Origin: Lama glama
Lineage: Eukaryota
DNA length: 64,000 nt
Assembly: GCA_028534125.1 (NCBI GenBank)
Contig: CM052816.1
Location: 34,226,001 to 34,290,000 of the forward strand
Direction of reading: 5' to 3'
Shown here: piece by piece, positions 12,763 to 26,284 of the stretch
Position numbering within the stretch: the first letter of the stretch is position 1
How the letters are laid out: each line of letters opens with the position of its first letter
The notes under the pieces: generated by a model
Told to the model about the DNA's origin: nothing
The model's input: the letters and a program-made list of their open reading frames with translations, nothing else
The model's database searches: none
Program-made: the position numbers and the translations under genes

Positions 12763-13014
12763 AGAGGACAAGTTCTACGTGATACAGGGACTAATATCCA
12801 GATAACCCCGTTCCTGTTCCCAAGGCCTGAACACAGAGCTTGGCAAAAAATGGTTCCCAACTTCATGTGACATAAAGTGCATACTACAAAAAGCTATATA
12901 ATTCATGAAGATGTGTCATTCTTTTTCATGAGGATGCCTGAAATTCCACCAGAAATCATGACACAATACTTCTGTTTATTTGAGTGAATTCCTTTGAGTG
13001 AATACCAATATAGT

Positions 13015-13203
13015 ATTTTTTAAACTGAAGTATAATCGATGTACAATATCGTGTTAATTTCTGGTGTACAGCATAGTGATATACAAATATATACATATAC
13101 ATATACATATATATATTTCTTGTCATATTCCTTTTCATCATAGGCTATTACAGGTCTTGAATATAGTCCCCTGTGTTATGCAGTAGGACCTTGTTGTTTA
13201 TCT
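13015..13203 (-). mobile_element. Short L1 3' end containing a (TATACA)n-like tract
   Basis: ttttttaaactgaagtataatcgatgtacaatatcgtgttaatttctggtgtacagcatagtga ... gtaggaccttgttgtttatct. Confidence 0.85.
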
Positions 13204-14024
13204 ATAGATAGTCTTTGTTACTCGCATGCCTTCTTTTTGTTCGGGAGAATAGAAGGCCTGAGAGGGAACAGACTTCATCATGTGTCAAGACAAAACTCTC
13301 TTCCTGAGATAGCACAGGGCTAACAAGTTGCATCTTCAGGTAAGTATTTTTTTGGAAGCTCAAACTAATTAAAAACAGCATTGTCTGCTTTCAATGGGTT
13401 AACAGGGTAAGATTATTTTTACTGTTTCAGTTTGCTTATATCCCGAAAAAGGAAAAAATGAATCCCTTCCCTTATAAAATATTTATTGTTTTATATTTTA
13501 AAAGAAAGAACCAAATCAATTCTATTTTGAAAGGCACATTAAAAATGTAAGCACAAAGCACAGGGTGCATTTCACAGAAGATTGGAACTACTAACAGTTT
13601 TTTTTTTTCATCTACCAGAAGAAATCAAATGAAGCCAGTTTGCCTCTGGGGTTTTAAACATCATTACAATTCATCTTAATAATGAAGTTAAAATTAACTG
13701 AAAGAAGACAATATGGAAAAAAAATCCCTTATAACACTAACGTGGGTTTATTCATGGGAAAATGGATAAAAGTAATATCCCTTGGGTATAGTTAAGAAAA
13801 AAATCAAAACAACCAGTATATAGGTGACCCACGATGACAGCAGCACCTCAGTCACTTTGTGTTGACGACAGCATAAACTAATGCATAACATGCACACTTT
13901 ATACCCGTATAGCAACCCATGTTGTGCGCATACACACATATGCACCCAATAAAAAATAAATGCAACCACCAAGCGATCTTTAAAATTACATTAAAAAATG
14001 CTACAGTGAAGATGATCTACTTAC

Positions 14025-14113
14025 CATGGAATTCTGTTTCTGGTATCACACATTAACCGTAGCAACTCAGTTCTGTTACACGTAAGCTTCCCAGGGGTCT
14101 CTGTGGAATCTTT
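14025..14113 (-). other. Candidate 89-nt exon ending in ATG (alternative acceptor gives 14025-14212)
   Basis: Minus strand: ccttttcatctgtcttttcattccttaatag|AAAGATTCC...GAATTCCATG|gtaagt; second acceptor ttcttttttgcag at 14213; lies in an apparently repeat-free block of about 2 kb. Confidence 0.5.
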
Positions 14114-15404
14114 CTATTAAGGAATGAAAAGACAGATGAAAAGGTCAAAAGGGGGCATCTCCACACCACCGGGCCCTCAAATGTCTCCTGCTTTGACTTT
14201 TACCCTCTCCCTCTGCAAAAAAGAACCAAACAGGTAGCTTGCTCCTTGGAGATGGACAGGCGATTTGTCTTTAACCAATTAAATTCTTTTCAGAAAACTA
14301 AAGCTGTCACATGGGAGATGTAATGATGGTAACAGTAATGAATTGCAGAGCCCAGTTACACACTAGAAGATGCAGTGTTTGCTTGGCTATCAGGTGGGAA
14401 CACTGCTTACTCATTCAAACGCTTCTCTGGTAAAGTTCAGAATTCAATCATTTCTTTTCAAAGCAGTAAATTATTTTGGTTTTAACATTCCTCAGGTATA
14501 GTTAAGAATAAAAAAAGCAAAACCCTGTAAGTTTCTTGAGGAGGTATGCAAAGCTACAAACTACAGGAATAAAACTGTTGATTTTTTGTGTATGGTTTCC
14601 TTTGTTTTTGGATAGTTGTTGTGGTTGTTGTTTTTGAAACAGAGATAATGGACTTAGTATTTCTTAATATTAAGCTTAATATTTCTTCAGAGTTTTGGAG
14701 AAACCAAACATAAAAAGCAATGTGTATTATGAAACAGAAAGCCCAAGTTCTCATGGAGTTTTTGCCTTTTCAAGTAAATAGTTCCAGAAACGAGGATAAA
14801 ATCAAGGTTATTTCTTCCTAACAAGGAGGGATCATTTTCTTTCTCTCTCAATAACCACTACCTCTAATTAATCAGAGCTTTTACCCTGTTATTCTGATTC
14901 CCTTAAACATTTAGCCATTTTCATACTGCTAAATGCAGAATAGTAAGTTATCAAAATGTCACAATTAACAAATTAGCGCATTAATTATATTCTAAGATTT
15001 TACCATTGGTGACCTGGTTATGTGGTTAATTCTAAATATGGTTTGAGGAAACAATCAAAAAGTTATATGCTACCTGTATAACTGGATCATACATGCACAG
15101 AAAACACATGCACATAGAATTTTCCCATAAAACATTTACATAATAAAATCAGAGATGACTTAGTGAAATTAACATGATTGGAGGGCTTGACCTCTAAGTA
15201 AAGATTTTAAATGATTTAATAATAACTTTCCATTGAAAGATAAAGAATCATAGCAAATGAGCAGTTCAGAATACGACATGTGATGGAAAGCTATGGAATC
15301 AGACTTATTTGTCACCCTCAAGTTAAAAACAAATATAAAAGTTGCTTTGTATCATTCAATTGGATACTCCAGAGAAAACAATATATTCATTATATTTATA
15401 TCTA

Positions 15405-15552
15405 AGAGGCAGTTTAGCACATTAGTTAGGTGCACAGGCTCTGAATTCACACTGCTTGGACCCAGATCCCCATCTTTTGCTTGCTAGCTGTGTGAACTTG
15501 CAAGAATTATACTGCTTCCTGACATCAATTTTATTTGTGAAATGGAGATAAT
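15405..15552 (+). mobile_element. MIR SINE
   Basis: agaggcagtttagcac...ggctctgaattcacactgc...ctagctgtgtgaacttg...aaatggagataat. Confidence 0.75.
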
Positions 15553-15554
15553 TC

Positions 15555-16153
15555 TATCAGTAGGTATCTGATCAGGAGAGAGGAATTACATAATAATTTG
15601 AATGGTAATAGTTTAAAATAAAGAATTGACTATAGTAGGGTGTTGGAGTAAGGAAGGAACGGCTAATAGAAAGCATAAAGACACTGAAGGACGTAGGAAT
15701 AGCAAATCTAAGGAACAATGTTCAGGCTGAGATTGAATACCCAAGGAAGCAGCCGCCCTGGGGCTGAGATCCAGACCTCATTAGAGAGGACACATCCACG
15801 GCTCACTGGATGGTGGAGAAGTCACTGTGGTTTCTCACTAGCATAACTTACTGAAAATCCACTATCTGCAGCATACCAGAACTTACCTTCCAGGGTTCAA
15901 AGGAAAGCTATTCATGAGGCAGTGTCTCAATGAAAACACTCCACTTAAAGCTGCACAAGGCATGAGCCAGGGAAACCTGAGGGCCATCAGTTACTAGAAA
16001 AGCTGGATATGCTTCAGCAATGTACCTCATGAGCACACTGAAATCAGAAATCGCCTCCTAAAGCCTCCCAAAGGCTTTACCTCTTAGTACCATCATATTG
16101 AGCACTACAAAGGTCAACATATACATTTGAGGGGACACATTCAGATCATAGCA
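15555..16153 (-). mobile_element. Old LTR relic(s), ending in a MaLR terminal fragment
   Basis: LTR-like antisense start (tatcagtagg...caggagagagg); caacatatacatttgaggggacacattcagatcatagca matches an MLT1/MST end. Confidence 0.45.
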
Positions 16154-16559
16154 GACATCAATTTGTTTGCAGAATTTTTTAAAACTCTGAGATAATAGTC
16201 CTAAAGATCATCTTACCTCCATAAATGGAATGCATAGGACTGTCAACTCCTTGAGGGCAGGAATTATGTCTTCATGTAACTGGCAATGAATCTTTGTTGT
16301 ATTGTTGTAGAATTCAAGAGTTGGTGCAAAAATGAAAAACTGGATAATAAAATCTTCAGTCAAAAAGAGCATTCAAAAGTCCCTCCATTCAGTTCCTTTG
16401 TCCCAAAACTCCAGTAATGAATACATTATATTAAAGGAGAGTGTAGCAGTCTTTACCAATAACTAATGATGTCACAAAGAACTCAGTATTTGGAGTACTC
16501 TTATGTGGTCTGTAAGTCTCTTCACTTACAGGGAAATTTCCCTCTCCTCAAATATGTAG

Positions 16560-17750
16560 CCATCCCTCCTTACTCTTTGCTGTTGACTTCCTTTCTTATT
16601 TACCTGAAAAAGGGGCACAATCAGAAGAAAGAGTTACTTTCCTAGCATCACGTCTATGAACCAATAGGGATCTATACCTATAGACCCTGTTTACCTACCG
16701 TTTCAAATTTTGTCTTGTCCGTGTCTCTTTTCAAAGGTCATTTCTTCAAAATGTGCATTGGACCACACTCTCTCACCTACTGAAGGACTAGAACTCCTCT
16801 CCCTCCCATGTCCTAATTCCTATTCTCTTTACAAAAGCATTTCTAATAACATGCAAACATGCTACAATAGTTTTTGAAGTCTCTCTGATGCCCTCATTCT
16901 TATTATCAGCTGCCCCCTTCATGGTAAGAATCCCTTAAAGTGTTGTAGACACACTCCAATTTTCTGTTTAAAGTTTTTATCCCACCACTACACTGAAATT
17001 CCTTTAGTTGTAGTCACAGTGACTGCATCTTGCCAAATCAAATGATCACTTCTACCTCAATTTTTCTGGTCCTGCCAATACAATAATATTTGACATAGTG
17101 AACACATTTTCTTTCTTAAAAAACTTTCTTCACTCAGCTTCAAAGATATCAAATTCATATGGAATTTCCCTATTGACTTATTATTTTTTTTGATGATTCC
17201 TCTTTCTCTTAATGTTAGAGTGCTCTAACCTTTAATTCTAAAATGGTTATTTCCTACTTAAATAATCTCATCCAATTTGACTGTATATACTGATGACCTC
17301 CACATGTATATCACCACTTGTTCTTCTCTGAGTTTTACATTCATTTATACAACTACCTTCTTGATATTTAAATATCTGGTAGGAATTTTAGAAAGATAAT
17401 TCTTTGTTTCTCACATCTGAACCACAAATCTGCCCATTCCTGTGTATTTCTCATTTCAAGAACTGGCACTATGATTTATCCATTTGCTAATGCCAAAACC
17501 TAATAATAATCTTTGATTTTTCTCTTCTTTTATCATCCTATATCTAATCCACCAGGAAGTCCTCTTGACTCTATCTTCAAAATAGAGCCTGAGCCAACAG
17601 CTTCTCACCACCTCCACTTTCATCTCTCTAGTCCCAGGAGCCATCATTATCTGACTCTACTATTGTAATAGTCATCTAACTGGACTCCAGCTTCTGCCCT
17701 TTCCTTTCACAGTTTCTCATCCATATGAAGGCTAATGTGAACTTTCCCAA
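16560..17750 (+). mobile_element. L2 LINE ORF2 relic
   Basis: Pyrimidine-rich L2 wording; tatatactgatgacctccacatgtatatc (YADD-derived) near 17285; ccaaaacctaataataatctttgatt. Confidence 0.75.
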
Positions 17751-17769
17751 GTTTCCTCATGCTCTATAG

Positions 17770-18020
17770 CAAAGAATAGCTAGTTCAAAAATTGAGCTTT
17801 TCTTCTCGCTTTCACAGCTAGAGTACATGTTACAGTTTTCCTCACAGTTAGGTTTGGTCATTAATGCCTTTTTAGCCAATGAAATATGGAAGGAAGTGAT
17901 ATTTACCACTGCCAAGTCTAACCCCCAAATGCTTCTATGTATGATTTCCCATGCTCTTTTTTCCTTCTGCTAGCCTGATGCAGCAAGCATGCAACTGGCC
18001 TCCATATGAATTTTGTGAGG
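17770..18020 (+). mobile_element. Old MaLR/ERVL LTR fragment
   Basis: cagttaggtttggtcat ... tagccaatgaaatatggaaggaagtgat. Confidence 0.6.
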
Positions 18021-18234
18021 AACGAATAAGAGTAAATTCTTATGTTCTTACCATTCTCATAGTCATTTTGGATGTAGGGTGTGGTTGCATCAGAACTGAA
18101 ACAGTACTGTATTTTCCCTTTATCCAAACAGCAGTAACAACTAGGAACACAAGCATTAAGACTCTCCCTCTGAGGAACTGTTATTTCTTGGATGACTGGC
18201 TCCAGCTCTTCCATTCTGTCCTAAAAATAACATT

Positions 18235-18600
18235 AAAAAAAATAGAAAGTCAAAGTTTTTTATTAAAAAAATCCAGTGTCATAAAGTTGCATACTGTATA
18301 ATCCTTGAAATGACCCAGTTAGAGAGAGAGATTAAGGGGCTGCCAGAGTAATGGGAAAAGGGGAGAGGGGATGACTATAAAGGGGCAACATGAAGGAGTT
18401 TCTTTGTGATGATGGAGCAACTTTCTACATTGGTTTCAGTGGTTATAGGAATTTGTACACATGAAAAAAAAACCTCATAGGATTATACACAAAAACATTT
18501 AAAAAAATGAGTGTGTGTAAAAATGTCAACTGTGACTTTTCCCTGGATCATGTAGATCATGGACTTTTCTCTGTATCAACCATGACTTTTCATTTGAGTT
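18235..18600 (+). mobile_element. L1M 3' UTR fragment
   Basis: gcatactgtataatcc ... ggctgccagag ... gactataaaggggcaacatgaaggagtt. Confidence 0.7.
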
Positions 18601-20413
18601 TTTGTTATATGTTTGGTACTTTTAAAAATGTCTTTTTGGCTTGTTAACTATTAGCACATATTGGAAACTCAAAGTTATTTCCCTCCTGTTGCTTATAACT
18701 TACCAGATTTATAAGGAAACTTTAGAGGGAAACATATTATGGAAGCCTTAAATTTAATTTCAAACATATTGATAAGGTTTGGTCTGGTTGTACACTTCCA
18801 AAACATTTTGTACCATTGAATAATATTTGAGAGCTGCAAGTTAAAACTCTTGATTCAAAATGTTTTATTCCTTCTATGTTAGAACATTCCAAAGATGAAA
18901 ATCAATCTGCTCTAGAAACAGAGAATGATATCAAAATTGAACTAAATGGGAAAGTAGCAACAAATTTTCACTCTGAAATAAATGTGTGAGACTAGCTGAC
19001 AAGAGGAAAGCCAGTCCAGATTCTCACTCTTCTAACGGTGTGGTTTAATGCAAAGTCTAATAGGTGTTTAATTAGCTGAATAGGGCAGGAAAGAGGGTCT
19101 GCAGCCCCAAATGTCTGCATTAAACATTTGAGAATGCACCGAAGTCATTAAAATTATCATTGAAGATTTGAGATTAATGTCAACTTTGGGGATCTGTTTA
19201 TCTTTCAAGGGGATCAGGCTAGAGAAATAGATAACTTTTGGCTCAAGTGGGCGAATGGTTAAGTGTTGGAAAGTAAAAATAATCCCTGATGATATGAATA
19301 GAAATGATCAACATAGCCACGTCTGCACAAAACTTCCATTTTCTCACGTCTCACGATCAAGCGTTCACTGGAGATATTAAATCATTTTCATTTTGCTATT
19401 CCCAAGAAGAACAAAGTCTAACACTTGTGTATTCAAGGAAACCACCAGACAGCTACTTAGGTTGAGAAAACAATGTTACATCAGCACAGCATAGGAGTAA
19501 TACCAGTGCTTCAGTGCCTAGAGGGAAAAAAGTACTTCAGCAAAAAAAAATATATATTTTTTTTAATTTTTCATTTGGTATTGGAATTTTTACTCTTTAC
19601 ACAATTGATTGCACATGCAGCCAAAAGGGGAGAAAGAATCGACTAAATGGGCATTTTATCTGTGCTGAAGAATTTTTTAGGGTACAACAGGCTTGGCAAT
19701 AAATTAGACAGTAAAAGTTCAACTTTTTCTTCAAGAGAAGGAAAATCATGAACATCAATCCCAATCCAGATCCATGAAAATGAAAGGAAGGAAAGTTAGG
19801 CATTAAGGTATATTTGAATACATTCTATGTGCAGAGTGAAAAGCAAGGAGAGAAAGAATATTTCATCTAATAAAAGATTAATGTGAGAGCTCTTCTGAGT
19901 GATAACCGCATTGCTTCCTCTCAGAGCTAATTATGCCTTTGAATCACTTTCAAAAAGGAAGACACAAAGTTACCTTCAGCAAACACTTATTTTAATTGTT
20001 TAATAGTGACCACTTTTTTTGAGCTAATCGAGTTATTTCTCTGAGAGGTATACAAATCCCCCTGTCCTCAGTAGAATATTGAAGATAAACAATGTTATTC
20101 TTTCAGAAAGAAAGATTTAGAAAATTGTAATTACTGACATTTTTGCCAAGAGATAATTTTAAATTAAATTTATTTTGGCTATTAAATTACTCTATGGAGT
20201 TTTTGAATGGACCAAAACTCAGAATTAATCCGCAGCTGTGGTCTGTAACTTCACATAGAAATGAGGTCTTCTGTAACCTAATCTGTATGTACTCATACAG
20301 ACTGCCAAGAAGCTTAGGGCTGAGACTGTCTTACCATCTAACCACTTGGACCTCCAAGAAAATATATACACCTATAAATCTCTCTTATAAGAGATTGATA
20401 TCTTCTAACTACT

Positions 20414-20630
20414 CAGTGGTATACCAAGGCAGGAATGACGGCAGTGGATTATCTGGCAGGGTTGAGTACTTTATTACTGAAATTGTCTAGAACTGATGGT
20501 ACATAGTGATAATAAGTTACAATCCAACTTTTAGTAGGTATTGTTTTTTAAATTCTCCTCAAGCAATGCACCCTCCCCCAACAAGTGCATTGAGGGCAGA
20601 CAACTCCACCACCACCATGTGGGTGTATCT
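20414..20630. mobile_element. Possible hAT-Tip100 (MER97-like) DNA transposon relic
   Basis: Begins cagtggtataccaagg, resembling the CAGTGGCGTACCAAGG terminus; other end not clear. Confidence 0.35.
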
Positions 20631-20669
20631 TTAAGTGTAACTACTTAATGTACATTATCATAGTTAATT

Positions 20670-20870
20670 CTCTCAGCCAAGGAAACTCAGAGGGTAAGTA
20701 AACTGCCTTATACTGTTACTCAACTAGTTAAACAAGTTACTACAGTTACCCAACTAGTTAAACAAGTTACTCAACTTATTCAACTAGTAACTGGCAGAGC
20801 CAGGAGTAACACCAATTAAAACCAAGAGCTTCCTGATGCCAAAGCCTGTATGTTAACCATTAGTTATGCT
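20670..20870 (-). mobile_element. MIR SINE with internal 30-bp tandem duplication
   Basis: aaggaaactcagagggtaagtaa ... ctagtaactggcagagccagga; duplicated unit 20711-20770. Confidence 0.65.
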
Positions 20871-22029
20871 GCTCAAATGAGTCATCTGAATCTCTCAACT
20901 ATCATCTCCTTCTTCATTCCTTAAACGTCACTTTCCCAGTATGGGAGTACTCAGTCTGATACAAGACTATCCGAAAGGACATCTGCACCCCAGCTTTCCC
21001 TGTAACGAGGGAAATGTTTTATACTAATGTTACTGTAGGAAAGAGCCATATATGTGGGACAGGGAACATACTGGCCTCTCCTCTTCTACAGAGGACAGAG
21101 CAGAGAGAGGAAAGTGAGTCTAAGGGAATACTGTATACATCATCAATCCTGCTATTCTACACGAAGAGTGCACCCTGCCTTAATTTGAAGATGTAGACCC
21201 CTAATTACCTAACTACCTCAGATTCAGTTTCCTCTCCCTAAAATTAAAAAAAAAATAAACTTAGTAGGGAATAAAATAAAATAGTATACAGAGGATTTTC
21301 TACTTCCCTTATTGTCTACTGATTTCAAAATTAAACTCATTAGAACATATTCATACTACAACAGGATGAGATTAAATAACCCACGTTTTTAAGAAATGTA
21401 CTTATAGAGACTTGTATAATTGCTTTGTAAGACTATAAACTAACCAGACCACTCCCAAGAGGGTGGTTTACCTAAAAGAGTGGACGTCCTCACAGCCAAT
21501 ATTGTGGGAAGGATATGAGGAACAAAGCCTTAGACTGAGGCGGAGAGAAACCTGCTTCTCAGGGAATTTAGTTTGGACTCTTAGATGTGAAAGTAGCTGG
21601 TGCACTTATGGTGATGGCTAGTGAGCTGCCCCAGTCATAAAGCCATGCAGGGATGAGATGGGAAATGAGCTCTCTGAGGTCCCTCGGACGGGCTTGGGCT
21701 GAGGTCTGTGCAGCAGTTGGACTCAGTTAATATACCACACGGCTAATTAGACCAAGATGCTGACCACAGAAATTCCCCTCTGTGGCTTGTGTTGTTATCA
21801 CTGATATGAGACAGGATCCTGTTTCCTCATGTCTTCTTAGATTTCCATAGCGTTTCTCAGTTGAGCCCTATTCCCCCATGGTACCCCTCTATCTGCTAAC
21901 TGGCTTTGGCACATGAGTCTTTGATCCTGAGTAACCCATAGATGTTCAACAAGTCTTAGGGCACAGTCTTCATTTGGGTCTCCATTTGACTACACTATAG
22001 TTACAAAAGATTCCCTTTCAAAAACTGAA

Positions 22030-22652
22030 GACCTATATAACCTCTTAGGAGAGATGTTTGACAGTATTCATTAAAATAAACAAACACAACCTATGATCCA
22101 ATAATCCCACTCCTAGCTACCCTCCCAAAAGAAATGTGCACTATTATGTTCACCAAGAGAGCTTCACAATTAATGTTCATAGGGACACTATTTGTATTAG
22201 CCAAAGCTGAAAACAAACCAAATAGAATGAATATATAAAAGGTGTTATATAAACATAATGGATTACTCCACAGAAAATAAGAATTAACCAACAGCATGCA
22301 ATAACATGAATGAACCCCAAGAATATAACAAACAAACAAAAAAATAAAGGTAGGCACAAAAGAGTACACATTGTATGATTTTGTTCTTACAAAGTATAAA
22401 TACAGGCAAAACTACTTTACGGTGTTAGAAATCATGATAGTGGTTACCTTCATGGGGAGGGATAAATAATAACTCAGAAGAAGGTATAAAAAGGATTTCC
22501 TGGAGTGATAGTAATGCTTTATTTATTGAGACCTTTCTACATGGGTTTGTTCAGTTTGTGAACATTCAAAGAACCATAAATTTGTGACATGTATACTTTT
22601 CTTAATGTTACTATGTAATGTCCAAACCTGAATTAAAAAGTATACTTAAAAA
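22030..22652 (+). mobile_element. L1ME-like 3' end
   Basis: cctatgatccaataatcccactcctag ... aatgaacccca ... gatagtggttacctt. Confidence 0.85.
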
Positions 22653-25069
22653 TGATCAAATAATTGGGTCTTTAAAACCTGGAACTTTGTCTTGCTCTTG
22701 CTAATATCCTTCTCCCCATCCCAGGCCTCACCACCTTTTGCTTTTGGAATCGTGAAAAGACTGATGGACAAGTCCCCTGGAGTGAGGCTCACTAGCCTCC
22801 ATGAACTTATAAATACCACCCTTTACCAAACTCTTGTGCCTAGATTATTTCCACGCAATATCAAATTCCATGCAGGCCACATCTTGCTTTCTCAGCTGAA
22901 AGTCCAGTGTCAGCTCAACCCACTTCCATTTTTCTTCTTTTTATTTATTCATACATTTTCTTACTAAATTATCCTTTAGTTATTTCAGTGATGTTGGGCA
23001 TTATGTTCAACTCTGGGGATAACATGAGCAAATGAATTCAAGGTCCGTACAACCTTCCTGTATCTCATGTCGTTTCTGTAGCTTCACACTGTGGGATCAT
23101 AAGCTCGCCCTCAAACTAATCCATCTGATATTGAATAAACCATCATGATATGGCAAGTCATCTCTGCCCACCACAGTTCACGACAGGCAGCCACAAAGGT
23201 GCAGGTGGACCATGGCTGTCCTACTGACCGAATCAGTCAGTCAAATCTTTTTTGAAACAGGTAAGGAGCCAACCATGTGAATTAAATTAGTCCATTACAT
23301 GATTCCAGTGTATGTAAATATATTTTTCTGAAAAAAAAGAGTTAAAACCAAAAATAGACTTTTATTTTTTTATTATAATTTTTTCCTGTTTGAAAACCAT
23401 CATATCCTAAATGTCTAGCAGTTTGTGTTTTTTCATCTCATTCTCATGAATTAGGGAGCCTGTTAAAGTGGAATGTGGACTCCAAGAAGCATGTTTTTAA
23501 GACCTAAAAAAAGGAGCATGTAACATTTTTCTGTGAATTTATCAGCTTCATTAATCAACAACTTAATAATGCCAAGTAACAATACAGCCCATTAATGATG
23601 ATTTCAGTTTTTCAGAATAACATGCATTGCTATAGGTATACCAACCTATTTGGTAAAACTCATGAAAATGATACAGTATTACTATATTGCCAGATTCAGC
23701 TCCATTCCCAACAAACCTAACAACTGAAAACACTGAAGACACTTTATATTTGTTGGACTATAGATCTGGACAGTATTAGATATATTGACATCCAACAGGA
23801 ATTGTAAATATCCTTTTGAAACTACCACTTTCCAAGCCAGTCTCAGCAATGACTCTCACTTATATTATAAATAATGTTAGCACAAAAGAATAACCAGACT
23901 CTTAAGGCTACAAATTATCTACATTTGCTCTCAAAGAAGTTTTGACATTTCTAGTTACATAGATGTTCACTGATGCACTTCTGACCTTTACTCATAAAAG
24001 ATGTTTCCAGACATATATCCCAAGAATGACAAATAAAGATTGGATTGGATGTAAAGTAAAATCGTTAAGTTCCCTTTCTTTAATGAGTTTGAGGAATTTT
24101 TAGGCAACCTTATGAACAAATGGTCCCCTCCCCACCTCTCTCCTTTTCACAAAAATTTATTGAGTGCTTCTTCCATTTGGGCATAGATGACACCAAGACA
24201 GTAGACACTCTCTGATCTGTACCACTATAAAATTTCCACCCATCTACCAATTTCAAACCACTTAGATTACTCATTAGAAACTAAAATCAGGCAGGTTCCA
24301 GAATGCTAAGCTTCTTTTTAAATACAGCTTTGCCACAGATTTTGCCTATTCTTACATCCTGCAAGCAAAACAAAGGGTGAGCTTTCCTCCATTATCATCT
24401 TTTCTGCTCACAGCATTTTCTCATCTCACCCACAGACTTTCATGGCCATGGCAAGGTTGGTAAAGTGATTTCACTAGGAATCCCAAACTATTGGAAAAAA
24501 CCATATTTCCTCCCAGAACCCCCAGAGTAATTTTTGTGCTGAGATTGTTCTGACAATGATATTCCACAGATGAGGACTGGGGATAAGATGCAAGGCACAG
24601 AAGATTAACGCTGACATGTGACCAGCCACACCATCTGCATCCTACTTTGGTGCTACTCTACTGAGTCTTAGAACATTTACGGGGACTCGTCATTTTGGAG
24701 ATACAGCAATGAGAGAAACAGCCTCTAATGTCTTAATAACTATAAAATCATGAATAAATATGTTATAACTATCCCAAATGATTTTTCCCCAATCAATTTT
24801 GAACTTGATTTCATTTCAGGGTCAATACTGAGGGTCATTTTATGCAGAAAATGTCCCTGAACTGAATTTATTGCCTTTCAGTCTCTCAACAGGCTTACTA
24901 CTCCTGGATCAGAATTTTAATTGTGCTAACACTAAGGGCTACGTTCTTTTTCTGGTTAGGTAGCTGGCAATCAACACTAATAATGTGAGTTGTGACATAG
25001 CCTTAAATTCTTTCCATAGATTGATATCTACCTTTAGGGAAAAGCCATTATGTACTTTTTTTTTTTTTG

Positions 25070-25247
25070 CCTAACATTTGTTTTCTCACAGTTCTGCAGG
25101 ACAGAAATCTAAGATCAAGGTATTGGCAGTGATGGTTCCTTTTAAGGCCTCTCTCCTTGGCTTGTAGAGGGCCAATCTCCTCCTATGTCTTCATAGATTT
25201 CCCATGGCCTTCCCTCTGTGCATGTCTGTCCTACTCTCTTCCTCTTA
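25070..25247 (-). mobile_element. MaLR LTR fragment (MLT1A/MST-like)
   Basis: tctcacagttctgcagg...aagatcaaggtattggcag...ggcctctctccttggcttgtaga. Confidence 0.8.
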
Positions 25248-26284
25248 TTTTAAATTGAGGGATAATTAACATATAACATTATATTAGTTTCAGGTGTACA
25301 ACATAATGATTCAATATTTGTACATATTCCAAAATGATCACAATAAATCTATTAATATTCATCATGATATAGAGTTACAATTTTTTTCCTTGTAATGAGA
25401 ACTTTTAAGATCTACTGTCTTAGCAACTTTCAAATACACAATACAGTATTATTAACTATAGTCACTATGCTGTGCATTATATCCACTGGACTTTTTCACC
25501 TGGAAGTTTGTACCTTTTGATCACTTTCATCCACTTCACCAAATTTCTCTGTCCTTCATCTGATACATCTGGCAACCACCAATCTGTTTTTTGCTATCTA
25601 TGAGTTCATTTTTGTTTGTTGTTTTTGTTTTAGATTCTACATATAAGTAAGACCACACAGTATCTTTCTCTGTTTGACTCATTTCACTTAGCATAATACC
25701 CTCAACATCCATCCATGTTGTCAAATGTCAAGACTTTTTTCTTATTTATATGTATATCACATCTTCTTTATCTATTCATCCATCGATGGACACAGGTTGT
25801 TTCCATATCTCGGCTAAAATAATGCTGTAGTGAACATCGGGGTGTATATATCTTTTTGAGCTGGTGTTTTCTTTTTCTTCAGATGAATTCCCAGGGTGGA
25901 CATGTGGGGTCACATGATAGTTCTATTTTTAATTTTCTGAGGAACTCCATACTGTTTTCCATAGTGGCTGCACCAACAGTACACAAGGGTTCCCTTTCCT
26001 GCACATCTTCTCCAGTACTTGTTATCCCCTGTCTTTTTGATAGTAGCCATTTAACAGATGTAAGTTGATAATTCACTGTGGTCTTGATGTGCATTTCCCT
26101 GATAATTAGTGATATTGAACACTTTTTCAAGGACCTGTTGGCCATTTCTGTGTCCTCTTTGGAAAAACGTCCATTCAGTTCCTTTGCCCATTTTTAATTA
26201 GACTATTTGCTTTTGTGATATCAGGTTGTATAAGTCCCTTGTATATTTTGGATATTAACCCCTTATCAGACATATGGTCTGCAA
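25248..26284 (-). mobile_element. L1 (L1MA-like) ORF2 C-terminus and 3' UTR
   Basis: Minus ORF 25879-26145 [17 protein letters not shown]...CTVG resembles the ORF2p C-terminal region; 3' end at 25248. Confidence 0.9.

Noticed and set aside
14025..14113. Open frame KDSTETPGKLTCNRTELLRLMCDTRNRIP as a coding exon of a known gene
   Set aside because: No protein recognised, and it ends in TGA if joined to the next candidate exon; no gene symbol assigned
20711..20790. 30-bp repeats as a CRISPR-like array
   Set aside because: Head-to-tail with no spacers, inside a MIR in mammalian DNA
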